A DNA stretch of 64,000 bases from positions 28,086,001 through 28,150,000 of the forward strand of contig NC_079170.1 in the NCBI RefSeq assembly GCF_947568905.1. The letters run 5' to 3'. Under the pieces are notes generated by a model, which was not told the DNA's origin, made no database searches, and worked only from the letters and a program-made list of their open reading frames with translations. The translations under genes were made by a program, and so were the position numbers. This document shows positions 48,446-61,149 of the stretch, piece by piece (positions within the stretch are counted from its first letter, which is position 1; every line of letters starts with the position of its first letter). This DNA comes from Ostrea edulis (Eukaryota).

Positions 48446-50559
48446 ACACTACCAGTACATGTATCTACGTGAAAGTGCCAGGTGATAACACTAGGCAGAC
48501 GATAATATTCGAACTGATAACCATCCGCGTTTGAAAGTACCGCTCTGCTTATGGAACTCTATCGTGGTTTAAAAGGAAACAAAATAGTTTCTCCAAATTC
48601 TCCATGTATGGGACCAAAATGACAAAAGTCAGCAAAAGGTTAGATCTCCAATTTAAAATACCAATTTTCATTTCATCACTTTTGCAAACATAAAATCTGG
48701 AAAATTTAGAAATAAATATTTAGTTTAAGGAATTAGTTTGTTTTAAACAAACACGCTGCTGTCCCCGCTTAATCACTACAGCGGATTAAAGCGAGTTATT
48801 TGCCGCCGTTCGAGTGTCATCCAGTTTTTCCACGTATTCTCGGAGATCATTTAATTTGACAACCTCGTGTTCATTACTTTTCTCGTCCTCGTGCCCAGCA
48901 CAACATCTCTTCTGTCTGTATCATTAACGGGGAAGAAACTAAAGGTCTTTTCTCTCTCCTTCAGAGAACATGAAACACGCTGACAGATTTCAGCGTTCAT
49001 ATTTTTTCTTCAGGATCCATTATGAATTATTCCAACAAAGTATCGATTTCCATCACTGCAGAATCTTGAAATGATTAGAAAGAATTAATTTGATGACACG
49101 ATCGTAAAATCTGAAGATTGCAAAAGCCAGCGAAATCCTACTATACTAAAATAGAAAGACTTTAATGAATAACAGGAAATTATCACAGGTTTTACGGTGT
49201 AACATCGAGGGCATTGACAAAGTAATAAATTTAAGTCTAATTCTCAACATCACAACCTGTAGGTAATTACTAGATGGAATATGTATCACATTTCTTTCTT
49301 ATTTCGTTCTTAAAGCGAAACTGACCGCATAATGGCACTCCGTACACTCAGAGAAGTTCTACAACCCGACATTTTGTGCATTTTACCATATTTCTTGAAA
49401 AGAAAATTGCACATCACAAATAGCTCGAATTTCATGGGTGATCTGCATTATATAGTCAGTGATGGCGCCAGTGTCTGTATTATGAAAGACTTGTGAAGTC
49501 TCGTCAAAATAAACAAGTTATCAGATGTAAGTTCGGATCGGATCACTTACTTTCAGAATTAGAAAGAAAGTACAACCTGCTGTTAATTTTTTTTTTAGAA
49601 CATGGAAATTGACAACGTTAGAACGGCTTTAGAACCATATCCAGCCTTAGTAGTCACCGTTTTCCTTATCTTTAGAAGTAAGTTTTTAGAAGTAATTCTT
49701 ACGCTAAACAGTGTTTACTACATTTGATAAGCACGATATTACCCCCCCCCCCCCAAAAAAAAAATACAAACCAAAAAAAACAAAAAACAATACTCTGTCG
49801 AGTGGGAATTAATAATTACTTATTTAACATCTTCCAATATACAATCACACTTATACGTGTTTATTTATGGAATATTGTATCTCATAGATACCCTGGTTTT
49901 GTCCTCATGTGATTAACCAAGGAAGTTGTTTTTAAAGAAGTAATCATATCCTTTAAAGGAGCATATTTCACACTAAACCCACGAGATATGTCTGTTTTCG
50001 ACATATGGAGAAAAAAAAGCAAAATACAAATTCTCAAAAAAGTCTTTTGGTAAAAAAGGTACATAACTTCTTTTTTATAATCTAAAGAGAAAAATATAGG
50101 TTATGATGCACTTATCTTAGTTAGAGTCAGAAGAAATGGGTCTTTCAAAAACATTGAGACATTGAACTTGTGAAAGTTATAAACCCTTAGCGCTGGGCCA
50201 AGTCAAACAATGTGATAAAGCAGTACTTATTTCTATAATTAATTTATCCATGATTTATTAGTACCTTTTATTGGTCTGAATTCTGTAAAACGTTTCTATT
50301 TTATAGATAGGATACCTAAAGAAAATTCACACTTTTCAACAGTGTGTCATTTTCATTAATGAGGCAGTAGCGCGGGATTGTAATACAATGAATTAAATAA
50401 TTTCTCTATTCCCTTCAGAGTAAATGTCTCTGACGTTACAGGAACCCGATCATATCTTGAAATAAACTTCAACTAATCACTCTTGAAATTTAGATTTTTA
50501 CACTTTATTATTCAATAGCAGTTTTAACCAGATTGAAATCCAACCTGCCTTGCCAACCA

Positions 50560-50830
50560 CTTAGTAAATAAATCTTCGTTCTGACTTAACCATGCTGAAA
50601 ACAAATGCTCATCAATTATACATTGAAGCTGGTAAATATTGCAATTCTATTATGATCCCAAAAGAGATCGGATTCTGTTACAGTTGTACAGACATTGTTA
50701 AGAGCGAAACGCATTTTCTATTAAAGAGGCCTCGTATACAAACCTTTATGAGAAAATCATTCACAAAGATTTCCTACCAAACCGAGTGCGTCTGTTATTT
50801 TAAGTCCAAATAATCTTGAATTTCTTGCAA
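50560..50830 (+). mobile_element. Decayed LINE ORF2 C-terminal fragment
   Basis: LKTNAHQLYIEAGKYCNSIMIPKEIGFCYSCTDIVKSETHFLLK matches the HxLxIExGRY...RxCxxC...ExHFLL motif. Confidence 0.65.
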
Positions 50831-51039
50831 TTTAAAAAATATGCATCACTGAGAAACCAAATTCGACTGGTTTATTTCTTTCTTTTTTCTTTTTGGACCC
50901 ATTTATCAAATTAAACAAATTATACTATGTGGTCGTGGATGTGTTGTTCACAGACGAGCTCCAGAAGCGAAACACTAGAGGGGCTTGTGCAGGACAGGCG
51001 AATGAAATAAAATTCGTTGTCACCGTACTGTGTAGGGAA

Positions 51040-51760
51040 TAAATTAAAGTAATTCAATTCAATTTCAATTCTTTATTGTCCTTGACTTATACAATTCATG
51101 GGAATGCATCTAGTACATGTACATGTATTTACACAATATATCAAATTGTATAAGATAAACAACAGGTGAGTGGACATGAGAAGATAGGAGGAGAAAAAAA
51201 TTACAAATATAAGATGATATACATATACATGTAATCACATTATGAGATGCACAATTTATTAGAAAAATTACATTATTGACTTACAATGCTAAACTTCGTA
51301 TTTTCACAGCTTGAACTAAGAATTTTCCCAAGTTATTGAGTTCTTTGGTATTGTCTACACTAAGGAGCTTAACTAATTTAAAGACAATTGGTTTTTTGTA
51401 ATAGAAACCCTTAATATATTTCTTTCTCAAATCGATGTAAAATGGACATTTCAGGATAAAATGAAACCCATCTTCTCTATCATTATAATCACATAATTTA
51501 TAAAGCCTCGCAGTCCTTAAAACTTTGTAATAGATGTGCAACAATTTCTTTTATCAGATATTTGTTGTAGTTTAGACAGACATTGGAGTGATTGATTAGA
51601 ATGTTTGTTGGGTGTATGAAGGGCATTTGCGTGTACAGGTATTGTTTTAAATAAATAAAATGAAATACTAGTAGAAATGACACGAATAGTTACGGGTCAT
51701 AAGATATTGTACGCAGTGTACAGGTAATTGTCCTAAAAACGAGTTCCTCAAAATAGTAAT
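51040..51760 (-). mobile_element. LINE 3' end (ORF2 C-terminus, 3' UTR, tail)
   Basis: RLYKLCDYNDREDGFHFILKCPFYIDLRKKYIKGFYYKKP.VFKLVKLLS..N.KELNNLGKFL*; minus-strand AATAAA+(GAATT)n tail at ~51050-51075. Confidence 0.85.
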
Positions 51761-51764
51761 TATT

Positions 51765-51965
51765 AGCATGAAAGGCGAAGATAACGAACAGTGATCAATC
51801 TCATAACTTCTATAAGCAATACTAAATAGAGAGTTGGGCAAACACGGACCCCTAGACATACCAAAGGTGGGATCAGGTGCTTAGGAGGAGTAAACATCCC
51901 CTGTCGACCGGTCACACCCGCCGTGATCCCTATATCCTGATCAAGTAAACGGAGTTATCCGTAGT
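51765..51965 (-). mobile_element. Family A retroelement
   Basis: Reverse complement of the family A core. Confidence 0.85.
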
Positions 51966-52072
51966 CAATACAAAATCCCATTACTAAGCATCTAGTGGAT
52001 TTAGATATGAATAGAATAAGTTTGCAAAGTATTAATGCGACGAATATAGTCCTCTTACAAATTCTCGATTAA

Positions 52073-52387
52073 GGAGGAATGTTACACCAGAGATATTTGA
52101 CGTGGATGAAAAGTGGATAATATGTACAATAATATTTTTAAATTGAAAACTTTAAAATCTACTTTATTTAGTCAAAAATACAGTTATAGTAGAAAATGAT
52201 CTAGGAGAAAACAATTAAAACCCCTGCTGTTGAACACGATCCCGCGATCTACAGTTCAACATTCAACATGCTAACCTACTCAGCTTGGCAAATAAATCTA
52301 AAAGGAATAGATAAATATTGTTGATATTCATATTTTCATTAATGATTTAAAATGAATTCATCCATTATGAAGAAGTAGTATGCCACC
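52073..52387 (-). mobile_element. Kolobok-like MITE carrying a tRNA-like cassette (copy 3)
   Basis: TTAA|GGAGGAATGTTACA ... GTAGTATGCCACC|TTAA; collinear with 38548-38864. Confidence 0.8.
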
Positions 52388-53854
52388 TTAAATATGTAAC
52401 TTTTTAGACAAAATGAAAGAATGTGTGTAGCATATGTATTTTTAAAAAAATGATATAAAAGTTCCCTTTGACAGGATTTGAACCGAAATACCCCATTAAC
52501 GCAATGGCAAAGCCATTCCTAGTAAATAGCTAGATGTTTATGATAGAGTTCATATGTCGATGGCACAGGTAAAATGAGCTCGGTGATAATTACAGGAGCG
52601 AAAAGTAATTTCCGAAATATTAGACAAAAATTGTTATCGGTCCACTCCTGCGATTCTATTATGAAAAAAACTGTTCTTAATCGTAAAATGAAGAATGCAG
52701 GCTTTGAATTTTGTACATTTGAATAAGAACCTTTGACCAAGCAATGACCGAACGAAGACCGTAAGACGTGCGTATCATTGGTCAATTTAGTGCTTTGTAT
52801 ATTTCCTGTACAGTGTATTTGACCTAGTATCCTCGTTGTGGATCCAACACATATAGGTATCGGGTGTTGTTGGAACATTAGTGCTTTATATATACACTAT
52901 ACATGTATATATTTTTTTCATTAGATTTAGATCAGATGAATAATGACTGTACTTGTTAAAAATGGAGTACCTGCAAAGCATGATGCAAAGAGGTATCAAT
53001 GGAATCCACATCAACTGTACACACTCACACACCCTTCATTATATAACTGGTTCATAACCCCCCCCCCCCCCCCCCCCCCCAGCATAACAAGTTGATTACA
53101 TGGCCAGATACACTGTTGAAAGTGTCGTGGGTTATAAGGCGATTTACTAGGAAAAATGAACCTGCACGCTGTACATGCGATGTGAATGTTATACACAGCG
53201 TGATGCTTTGAACAGAAAGCTGAACTGTTTAATTACTAATTACAATATATTGTATCTCATTAGCGCATTTTGAAAAAAAAACCTCTCCAATTATGTTGAA
53301 CTGCATGGCCAATTTCTGACGTACTTCAAACTAGTTTTTTTTATCAATGTGCACTGCGAAGGACCAAATTTTCAACGCACCTTGAAAAATTAAAGTACTG
53401 AAAATACTGGTAGGCGTAAGTTTATGTGAAATGATCTGCATGGCTATTGAGAAGGTGCAGAAATATGTCATAGTACTTGCATTTGACAGTATCGTATACT
53501 CATATCAGTGTACTTCTTCATCTGCGTTTCCAACACTACTGTCAATGTAACACTGTCACTGGTATGCTTCCATAGTTAACAAACAGTTGAAACAATGGGA
53601 TTACGCTATTTATGACCTGGGAATTCCCTTAATCATTCATTAACCTCACTTTCTAATTTATACACTTACTTGTTTACCTGTACTCGGTGTGTTAGTTTTC
53701 GTGGATATGTAACAAACACAATGAGATTACATAACCACAAACATTACCTACATGTAATTGTATATGTACAATATGATGCAATCTATTTTAGTACAAAATG
53801 GCGACGTGTTTACGTTCGCGCTTTGACCTACAATTTGTACCCCATGTTTGCGCC

Positions 53855-54162
53855 CCATGCGGAAGGTTAGGGTTCGAATCCCGGCCGCGACAGACCTAAG
53901 TCGTTAAAACAGGTAGTTACAGTTCCATCGTCAAACACTCGGCATCAAATGTGAATGTCACTTGTCCTTGGAGATGACCTTAAAACGGATGTCCCGTGTT
54001 ACAGTACATTTGTAGGTGTGGCACGCTAAAGAACCCTCACTTTTCAATGGCCGTAAGTGACGAGCATGGGCCTAAATTTGAAGCTCTTCACCGGTCTTAA
54101 TGGCATCTCTAAATGAGTGAAAAATTCTCGAGAGAGACTTGAAACAAGATACAATCAATTAA
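53855..54162 (+). mobile_element. tRNA-derived SINE, nearly full length
   Basis: GGGTTCGAATCCCGGCCGCGACAGACC head, family body, GAGTGAAAAATTCTCGAG 3' core and CAAT tail. Confidence 0.9.
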
Positions 54163-54226
54163 TTCATGTGTCACACGATTTTGTTGTCGTCTGCTTTATA
54201 AACAAATCTGAGCCGGCGGAAGCAAA

Positions 54227-54765
54227 ATGGGGCGCAAAGGTAAGGAGTTGAGCAACGAGGTAAAAAAAATCGCTTGAAAATTATTACAAGAAGGGAAAAC
54301 TATCAGCTACGTGTCGGAAACATTGGATGTGTGCAGGATTACAATCGCAAGTTTTAAGGAGCGTGTAGAACGTCGATGATCCATATAAAACATCCCGAGA
54401 CGAGGCAGAAAACCTATCGTGACAGCCATGGACTATCGACAGTTAGACAGGCCAGTAAAAACTAACAGAGGAGAAAGTTTACAGGAAATTACGGACAAAT
54501 TTAATGAAAATACAAAATCGACCAATATCTAAATGAACTGAACAATCACATGGATTTGTTAGACGGATTGCGAAGAAATGAACTGAACAATCACATGGAT
54601 TTGTTAGACGGATTGCGAAGAAAGAACTAGTAAGTCGAGAAGTTAACAGGAGAAAGCGCTTATCGTGGTGTCGAGAAAAAAGAAAACTGACAGTTGACAA
54701 CTTCTGGAGAAAAAGTTATTTTCTCAAATGAATCCAAGACAGTTGTGGGACAAGATTCTCGTGTA
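54227..54765 (+). pseudogene. Tc1-family transposase pseudogene (N-terminal HTH region to the first catalytic motif)
   Basis: MGRKGKELSNEVKK...PRRGRKPIVTAMDYRQL...HGFVRRIAKK...RKRLSWCREK...WRKVIFSNES, with stops, frameshifts and a 45-bp tandem duplication (54531/54576). Confidence 0.9.
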
Positions 54766-55580
54766 TACGCGGGCTGTTCGATATGTAATGTGCATTGTAC
54801 TTTGCACGATTTCGTGGATGATGATACTCTTGAATAGCTCTATTCAATACTTTTCCAACGGTATAAAGACGAGCCTTCAGCTCCACATTGTTTTAAACAA
54901 ATTACTTATTGTCATTTCAATAGAGCCAGTCGTTGATCACTGCTATAAAAATGGTTGGGAAACGGGTTGAGCATATTGAAGAAATTAGAGCTTGTATATA
55001 AGTTCGCACAAAACTCGGTCATTCGGTAATGCAGATTTTTACTGATTGGGGGGAAGATTATGGGTCTGATAAGGTATCTTATGAGACAGTTCGTAGGTGG
55101 AGAAAGAAATTTCTGACTGGCACAGAATCCGTCAAAGATGCAGCAAAATCTGGCCGACCTGTGACTGTAAAAGGCAAAGCAAATGTCTCAAAAAGTCAGG
55201 GAAATAATTGAAAGTGATGGCAGATACACGATTCGTGATATTGACAAAACTGTTGGCATATCACTATCACAAGTGAATTTCATTTTAAGCGTATTTTGAT
55301 AGTGCGAAAGATTTCTGCCAGATGGATACCGCATATATTGACAGATGGCCAAAAATGGGTTCGAGTATAAACCGCTAAGCAATTGCTTAAAATGTTTCCC
55401 ATATTCAATGAAAGACAATTTGCAAACATTGTTACCAGTGACGAAACAAGGGTTTACTATTTCAAACCAGTAAGAAAAATTGGAAACAAAATATGGCTAT
55501 AGCTAAACACGGTAGAAGGGCTGTAGTTGCCAAAAGCACCATAAGCACAAAGAAGGTTCTTTATTGCATATTCTTCTCAC
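54766..55580 (+). mobile_element. Truncated mariner element (left TIR plus transposase pseudogene) inserted in the Tc1 relic
   Basis: TA|TACGCGGGCTGTTCGATATG mariner-type end. Transposase from ~54977: VSYETVRRWRKKF...KSGRP...RKISARWIPHILT...IVTSDETRVYYF (WVPHxL and TGDE motifs), with stops and frameshifts. Confidence 0.9.
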
Positions 55581-55789
55581 GTTTACATTGAGGTATTTTC
55601 TGGTAGATAGAGGACTTCCGCCAGTTCTGACTATCCCTATGAAGCGCTGGTGCATGCGCCTTGAGGTTAAATAGATCTTAAAAAGTGCGTGTTTGCATTT
55701 TTCAAAATGGGCTTACATATGTAACAGTGCTTTATGCTCCCGATAAAATGCCACATCTATATTTCCAGTGGTTCTACCTTTAATATTTT

Positions 55790-56050
55790 TATAAATTGTA
55801 ATGATGACCATTTCCTAATGAACGCGCTGCAGTTGTAAACAATGAGCGTATCAATCTTGATAATTATAGTACATCTATATTAAACGACTGAGAATTCCGT
55901 CAGAAAAAAGTGGAATGTAAATATAGGAAATATATTTCATTTTGAAAAAGGCATGAGGGTATAAACTGCAATGTGCTACACCGACATACTTTTCGTGAAG
56001 CCTATTGTGAAGTGTGCCGGGGTGAAGCGTATAAGTTCATACTCTCATGC
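55790..56050. mobile_element. Hairpin-terminated repeat, homologous to 61150-61386
   Basis: Shared GCAGTTGT..CAATG..GAATGTAAATATAGGAAATA; terminal stem CATGAGGGTATAAACTG ... GTTCATACTCTCATG. Confidence 0.6.
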
Positions 56051-56127
56051 ACTGTAGAAAAGAAATGTATTTCCTTTTTAAGATTAGAATACTGCATAGA
56101 CTTTATTTAAAGGATATAATGATATAT

Positions 56128-56275
56128 TGTGTGACCGGTCGACAGAGGATGCTTACTCCACCTAGGCACCTGATCTCACCTCTGGTATGTCCTGGGGTCC
56201 ATGTTTGCCCAACTTTTATTTTGTATTCCTTGTGAGAGTTGTGAATTGATCCACTGCTTGTTATATTTGCCTTCC
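56128..56275 (+). mobile_element. Family A retroelement, 5'-truncated
   Basis: GTGTGACCGGTCGACAGAGGATGCTTACTCC core. Confidence 0.8.
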
Positions 56276-57360
56276 ATACCATGCCCACGCCGACTCTTGG
56301 CGCTCACGTTCTTAATAGGATGTCTTTCTAAGAAAAATATGCATACAAGTTTGTCCTAATCTTTACTGAAAAAAAATCTCCTTGTCAAATCGAAGTTCTT
56401 AAACAAAAATGAGGTAGTCTAAGATATCGGATGTTATTGATAAAAACAACGACACAATCGCCTTCAACATCAGTATCTTATTTTTCAGGAACTCTTACGT
56501 CCCAATGCACTTGTTAAAACCCACTTCCGTAGCTTTAAGTGGTGGTTAGGGAAAAAGCTCGTATTACATAATATTATGCAGTAAAAGCTTGAAGTCGTTT
56601 CCCCTAAACAAACTAATGAAGTACACGTGTACATAATAAGCGGCATTGTATTCTTAAAATCTCGAGGTTTTTTTGTTTTTGTTTTGGTATATATATATAT
56701 CCTTATTTATCAACGAGCCGCTAAGTTCCTCTGAAATATGTAGAGTTTTATGTTAGTTTTTAAATGGATAGAACCTGATACTTTCGATCTGGGTAAGGCG
56801 TAATAAATATGAACTTTAATGAGATCAAAAAAGGTTTTCAACTTAATTGAATGTTTAGAGTCAGCTAAGCGGAAGCAATTTTGTCGTCTGCTTGAAAGCC
56901 TGCTTGATCCCATCGGTGGACGACAGTATGTGTTAGCATTTCCGGTGTTTAGGGTTTTAATTACAACAATAGTTGGATTCCAATCAATTTCTGTGCAGAA
57001 CTTGACAAACATGGACAGTTAAATGATAATAATTTTTCTTAATTACGGATATACCGATGTGTGAATATATTGATTTCCCGATTATTTTCCGTCAATATCA
57101 ATTTATTTTATCGAAAGTATAATTTTTTCCTTGCATTTCGTTTTCAAATAAGCAATGATGGGCTTACATCATGGGATGAAAAGTTGACTTTTATTCAAAA
57201 TTTTTGAAAAAGCATATATTTTTTGTCGATACGGTAGATACGAATAATAATCGATTGGTAAATTGATACCAGCTCTTTAACTGAGTCTAACTCTTTTAAT
57301 TACGTCTAAACACGTTCACCTTCCATCAGGATGCTTAAAGAAATCCTCATAACCAGACCT

Positions 57361-58100
57361 AGGACTATGAATAGAATATGACAGGACTATGGACTATGGA
57401 TAGAATATGACAGGACTATGGACTATAAATAGAATATGACAGGACTATGGACTATGGATAGAATATGACAGGACTATGGACTATAAATAGAATATGACAG
57501 GACTATGGATAGAATATGACAGGACTATGGACTATAAATAGAATATGACAGGACTATATGGAATATAAATAGAATATGACAGGACTATGGACTATAAATA
57601 GAATGATAAGACTATGGACTATGAATAGAATATGACAGGACTATGGACTATAAATAGAATATGACAGGACTATGGAGTATGAATAAAATATGACAGAACT
57701 ATGGACTATGAATAGAATATGACAGGACTATGGTCTATAAATAGAATGACAAGACTATGGACTATAAATAGAATATGACAGGACTATGGACTATGAATAG
57801 AATATGTCAAGACTATGGACTATAAATAGAATATGACAGGACTATGGACTATGAATAGAATATGTCAAGACTATGGACTATAAATAGAATATGACAGGAC
57901 TATGGACTATGAATAGAATATGTCAAGACTATGGACTATAAATAGAATATGGCAGGACTATGGACTATAAATAGAATATGACAGGACTATGGACTATAAA
58001 TAGAATATGTCAGGACTATGGTCTATGGATAGAATATGACAGGACTATGGATAATAAATAGAATATGACAGGACTATGGACTATGAATAGAATATGACAA
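57361..58100. repeat. 29-bp minisatellite, ~25 units
   Basis: Unit GGACTATGGACTAT(A/G)AATAGAATATGACA with internal GGACTAT doubling. Confidence 0.95.
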
Positions 58101-59164
58101 GACAACACTATAACCAATTGTAATCAAAGAAAACAGTCCGTGTCTCAGCATTGGGTAACGTAAAAAGTCCAAGAGATTGTCAAATGCAAGACGAATATAC
58201 ATGTAAAATACCAGGGTATAACGTCTCCGTGTGCAAGTGTAAAGGCTACAACAGGGTGTGTGCATACATCATGAAAATTCATACGAATTAACCCTTTCTC
58301 ATGGCTTTCATTACCAAACTAAATAGATGAAAAAGCTGATGCTTAAATGAAATTCAAAAATATATTTTGTCTTTGAAATAGGCCTCAGAACCCCGACAAG
58401 ACGGTTCTAATTCCCCCGATGTTATAAAATGATAATGGTAAACTATTTCGTCTGTGATCCGACACGTAGTCTTTACCACAGCTGACAATGGAAAGAGTCC
58501 CCCAGTGCTATGCAATGACTACATCTGTTATTCCTATAAATATGTGTGAAATACCGTTCTCATCCCTCTAAGTTCGTGACATATCACATTGAATGTGATG
58601 AGGATACGCATGCTTCAATTCACATGTACATCCAGAACATGTATATTAATCTGTTTTGGTTAGTTAATAGTACATATCAACACCTTCTGACAGAACTATC
58701 GATATAAGTACACATAAAGAAACTAGGACAAGGTCCTATTTCTGACAGGGACAGTAGTGAAAATTGAACACGGCAATTGTTGAAATTGAAATTTACGTAC
58801 ATGTAGAGAGGCTTCGAAATTTTTCTGGATCCGCCACTGGTACATGTAATAGATGAATGTTTCATATTTGCACCATATGTAGGCCTAATGAATGGTTTTG
58901 TGGTCACGGGTTCAAAAGCCGTGATGTCCGTTACTAAAATACATACATGAATGGGCACTGAACTGGTGTAATGAAAAACTCGTCTGGAATTACCTTTGAG
59001 ATCACAGGTCAAGGGGTGGTTTCGGTTTGGCAAAAGCTTGAGTAAGGTTTGGGCTTAAATGTGTGATTTCCTCTGGGTCACGTGGCAAAAGGGCATGTGC
59101 ACTGCTACTGAAAGATATATCATACGGATGTATATTTAATTGCTGTTATAGCTCGTATTCTTAG

Positions 59165-59330
59165 ACGAATTTGAATCCACTTTCTTGGCACACTGTTTTT
59201 CCCTATAATAGCTCTAAAAATTCATTATTATTTCGGATTTCAAACATTTCGGTTGACCATCACTGAAGAGACATTATTTGTCGAAATGCGCATCTGGTGC
59301 ATCAAAATTGGTACAGTATAAGTTTTACAT
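59165..59330 (+). mobile_element. Dispersed repeat sharing its 5' motif with family A
   Basis: GAATCCACTTTCTTGGCACACTG start, as in the family A copy at 45340, but with a different body (CATCACTGAAGAGACATTATTTGTCGAAATGCGCATCTGG). Confidence 0.5.
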
Positions 59331-59979
59331 TGATGATAAAATATATGAGCATAGATTTCAGTCTAATGACTCTTGTTCTGGGTTTAAACTTACATTAGTA
59401 AAACTTTACTTTTAACATTTTCACAACTGAAAACCGCAATTTACATATACATGCACTTATATCTATCGCTGCCATATGGAACATACGCAATCATTATGTC
59501 TGATGACGTGAAAAGTCTATTTTGGGTATCAATACATGTGTAACATAGTAAACATGTATAAGAATATATTTTAAAGTTAAGCCGATAGGACACACTAGTG
59601 CGTCATTTTACTTTCAGACATAGACGTGTATGCAGACATGCATAAGAATCTCCAACATGTGATTTAATGATCCAAAAAGCCCATGGTCCACCGTGCTTTA
59701 TCAAAAATCTATATATGTTGTCATATAAATATCGAAGTATCGAACCCTTCTTGTCGTTCCGTTCTGACCCTAGAAGTCAAACAACTTAACTTTATACAAC
59801 ATGAGAAGCCATTGCAAATTTTATTATATCTATGACATGTAATCCCCCCTCTGCGTGGACCACCACACTCGGGCTGTTGGCATTGTGTGAATAAAATTCT
59901 GTACTGAATAAGGGTGTCTGTACATCAGTTTCACAAACCGTACTCATGTGGTTTTTGGCGAAGATTTAAAAAAACAACA

Positions 59980-60494
59980 AAAAAACGTATGTCGTCATCC
60001 CTTGAAAACTTTGAACTCATGTTGGACTCCCATATGACTTTTGGGTTATTGTGTGAATAAACTTGAAAGTGCACTAGATGAGGGTGCTTGCATATCAATT
60101 TAATTCATTGTAACTTAAACCCCCAACCTAATTCCCGCCGGATCATAGTTTACACACATAGATGAATTACCATCACATTCAGAAGTGTCCCTGCAAGTAC
60201 TGGCTATTCTAGAACTTTCAGTATAGTTCTCGGGAACAAAATCAAATTAGTATTTAACAACACAACCCCCTATTTTCATTTCATCTTCATCTTGTCTCAT
60301 TGACAAGGGTTTGGGCCTTCATTTGCAACACTGAATCCCCTATACTTGAATACGTATGATTTGGGCAAAGTTGCCCAGTGGTTCTTGAAACTAAGTCTAA
60401 AATGTGAATTATAGTCTTCTTATAGACAACAAACAGACGCCAAAGAAACGATATACAGAAGGCACGTATAACTTTCAGTCCAGGTGAGCTAAAA
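59980..60494 (+). mobile_element. Degenerate Helentron-type element
   Basis: Internal GGCCCTTCATTTG-like and CCCAGTGGTTCT motifs; 3' end CAGGTGAGCTAAAA. Confidence 0.55.
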
Positions 60495-60573
60495 CGCATA
60501 CGAACCTAGCTGCAAATAACGTAAGTGTTTGGTGATATGTGACATTGGAAATAATCGTATATAAGGATTATCT

Positions 60574-60778
60574 GTCTTGTTGACGTATACATGTCTTGTT
60601 GACGTATACATGTCTTGTTGACGTATACATGTCTTGTTGACGTATACATGTCTTGTTAACGTATATATGTCTTGTTGACGTATACATGTCTTGTTGACGT
60701 ATACATGTCTTGTTAACGTATATATGTCTTGTTGACGTATACATGTCTTGTTGACGTATACATGTCTTGTTGACGTAA
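60574..60778. repeat. 19-bp minisatellite, ~11 units
   Basis: Unit GTCTTGTTGACGTATACAT. Confidence 0.95.
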
Positions 60779-61149
60779 CAAGCACACAGATCCAGGCTAC
60801 CCATTTTGAAACTTGATTGAGGGCGCTACGTGCGCATAGGATGGATTTAAGAATACGGTGACATTCAAAATGGACGTTTTCAAAACATACACAAAGCCAC
60901 TTAAATAGAAGTACGTGCAGGCAAGAACTAAACCTTATTTTCTCATGTTCTTCATACGTCATGCTAAAATCACATCAATGTGGTGCTAACGAGATATCCG
61001 GAGTTGGCTGTGACGTAATCAGACACGATGATGGCGGACTCGGGTAGAACTACAATTTGGTTATAGACGTTAGAAGTAACCTGGCATGCAGACCAACAGC
61101 GTCATAACACACTATTCACATTTCCAATGTTTTTGCCTTTGACATCTTT

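Noticed and set aside
52519-52878. 119-aa minus-strand ORF with vague caspase-like words (SSFGH, KPAFFI)
   Set aside because: Spacing is wrong, there is no QACxG motif, and the length is within chance expectation.
56710-57022. Overlapping 100-aa and 67-aa ORFs
   Set aside because: No recognisable motif in any frame.
58677-59033. 118-aa minus-strand ORF
   Set aside because: It runs through a MITE end (GGATCCGCCACTG) and TACATGTA sites; no domain signal.
29921-61000. Repetitive ORFs (MVHPATYMYQSL, CSTVYTC, RGWITVSS, YVNKTCIRQQD)
   Set aside because: They are translations of stop-free tandem repeats, with no signal peptide, splice or codon evidence.
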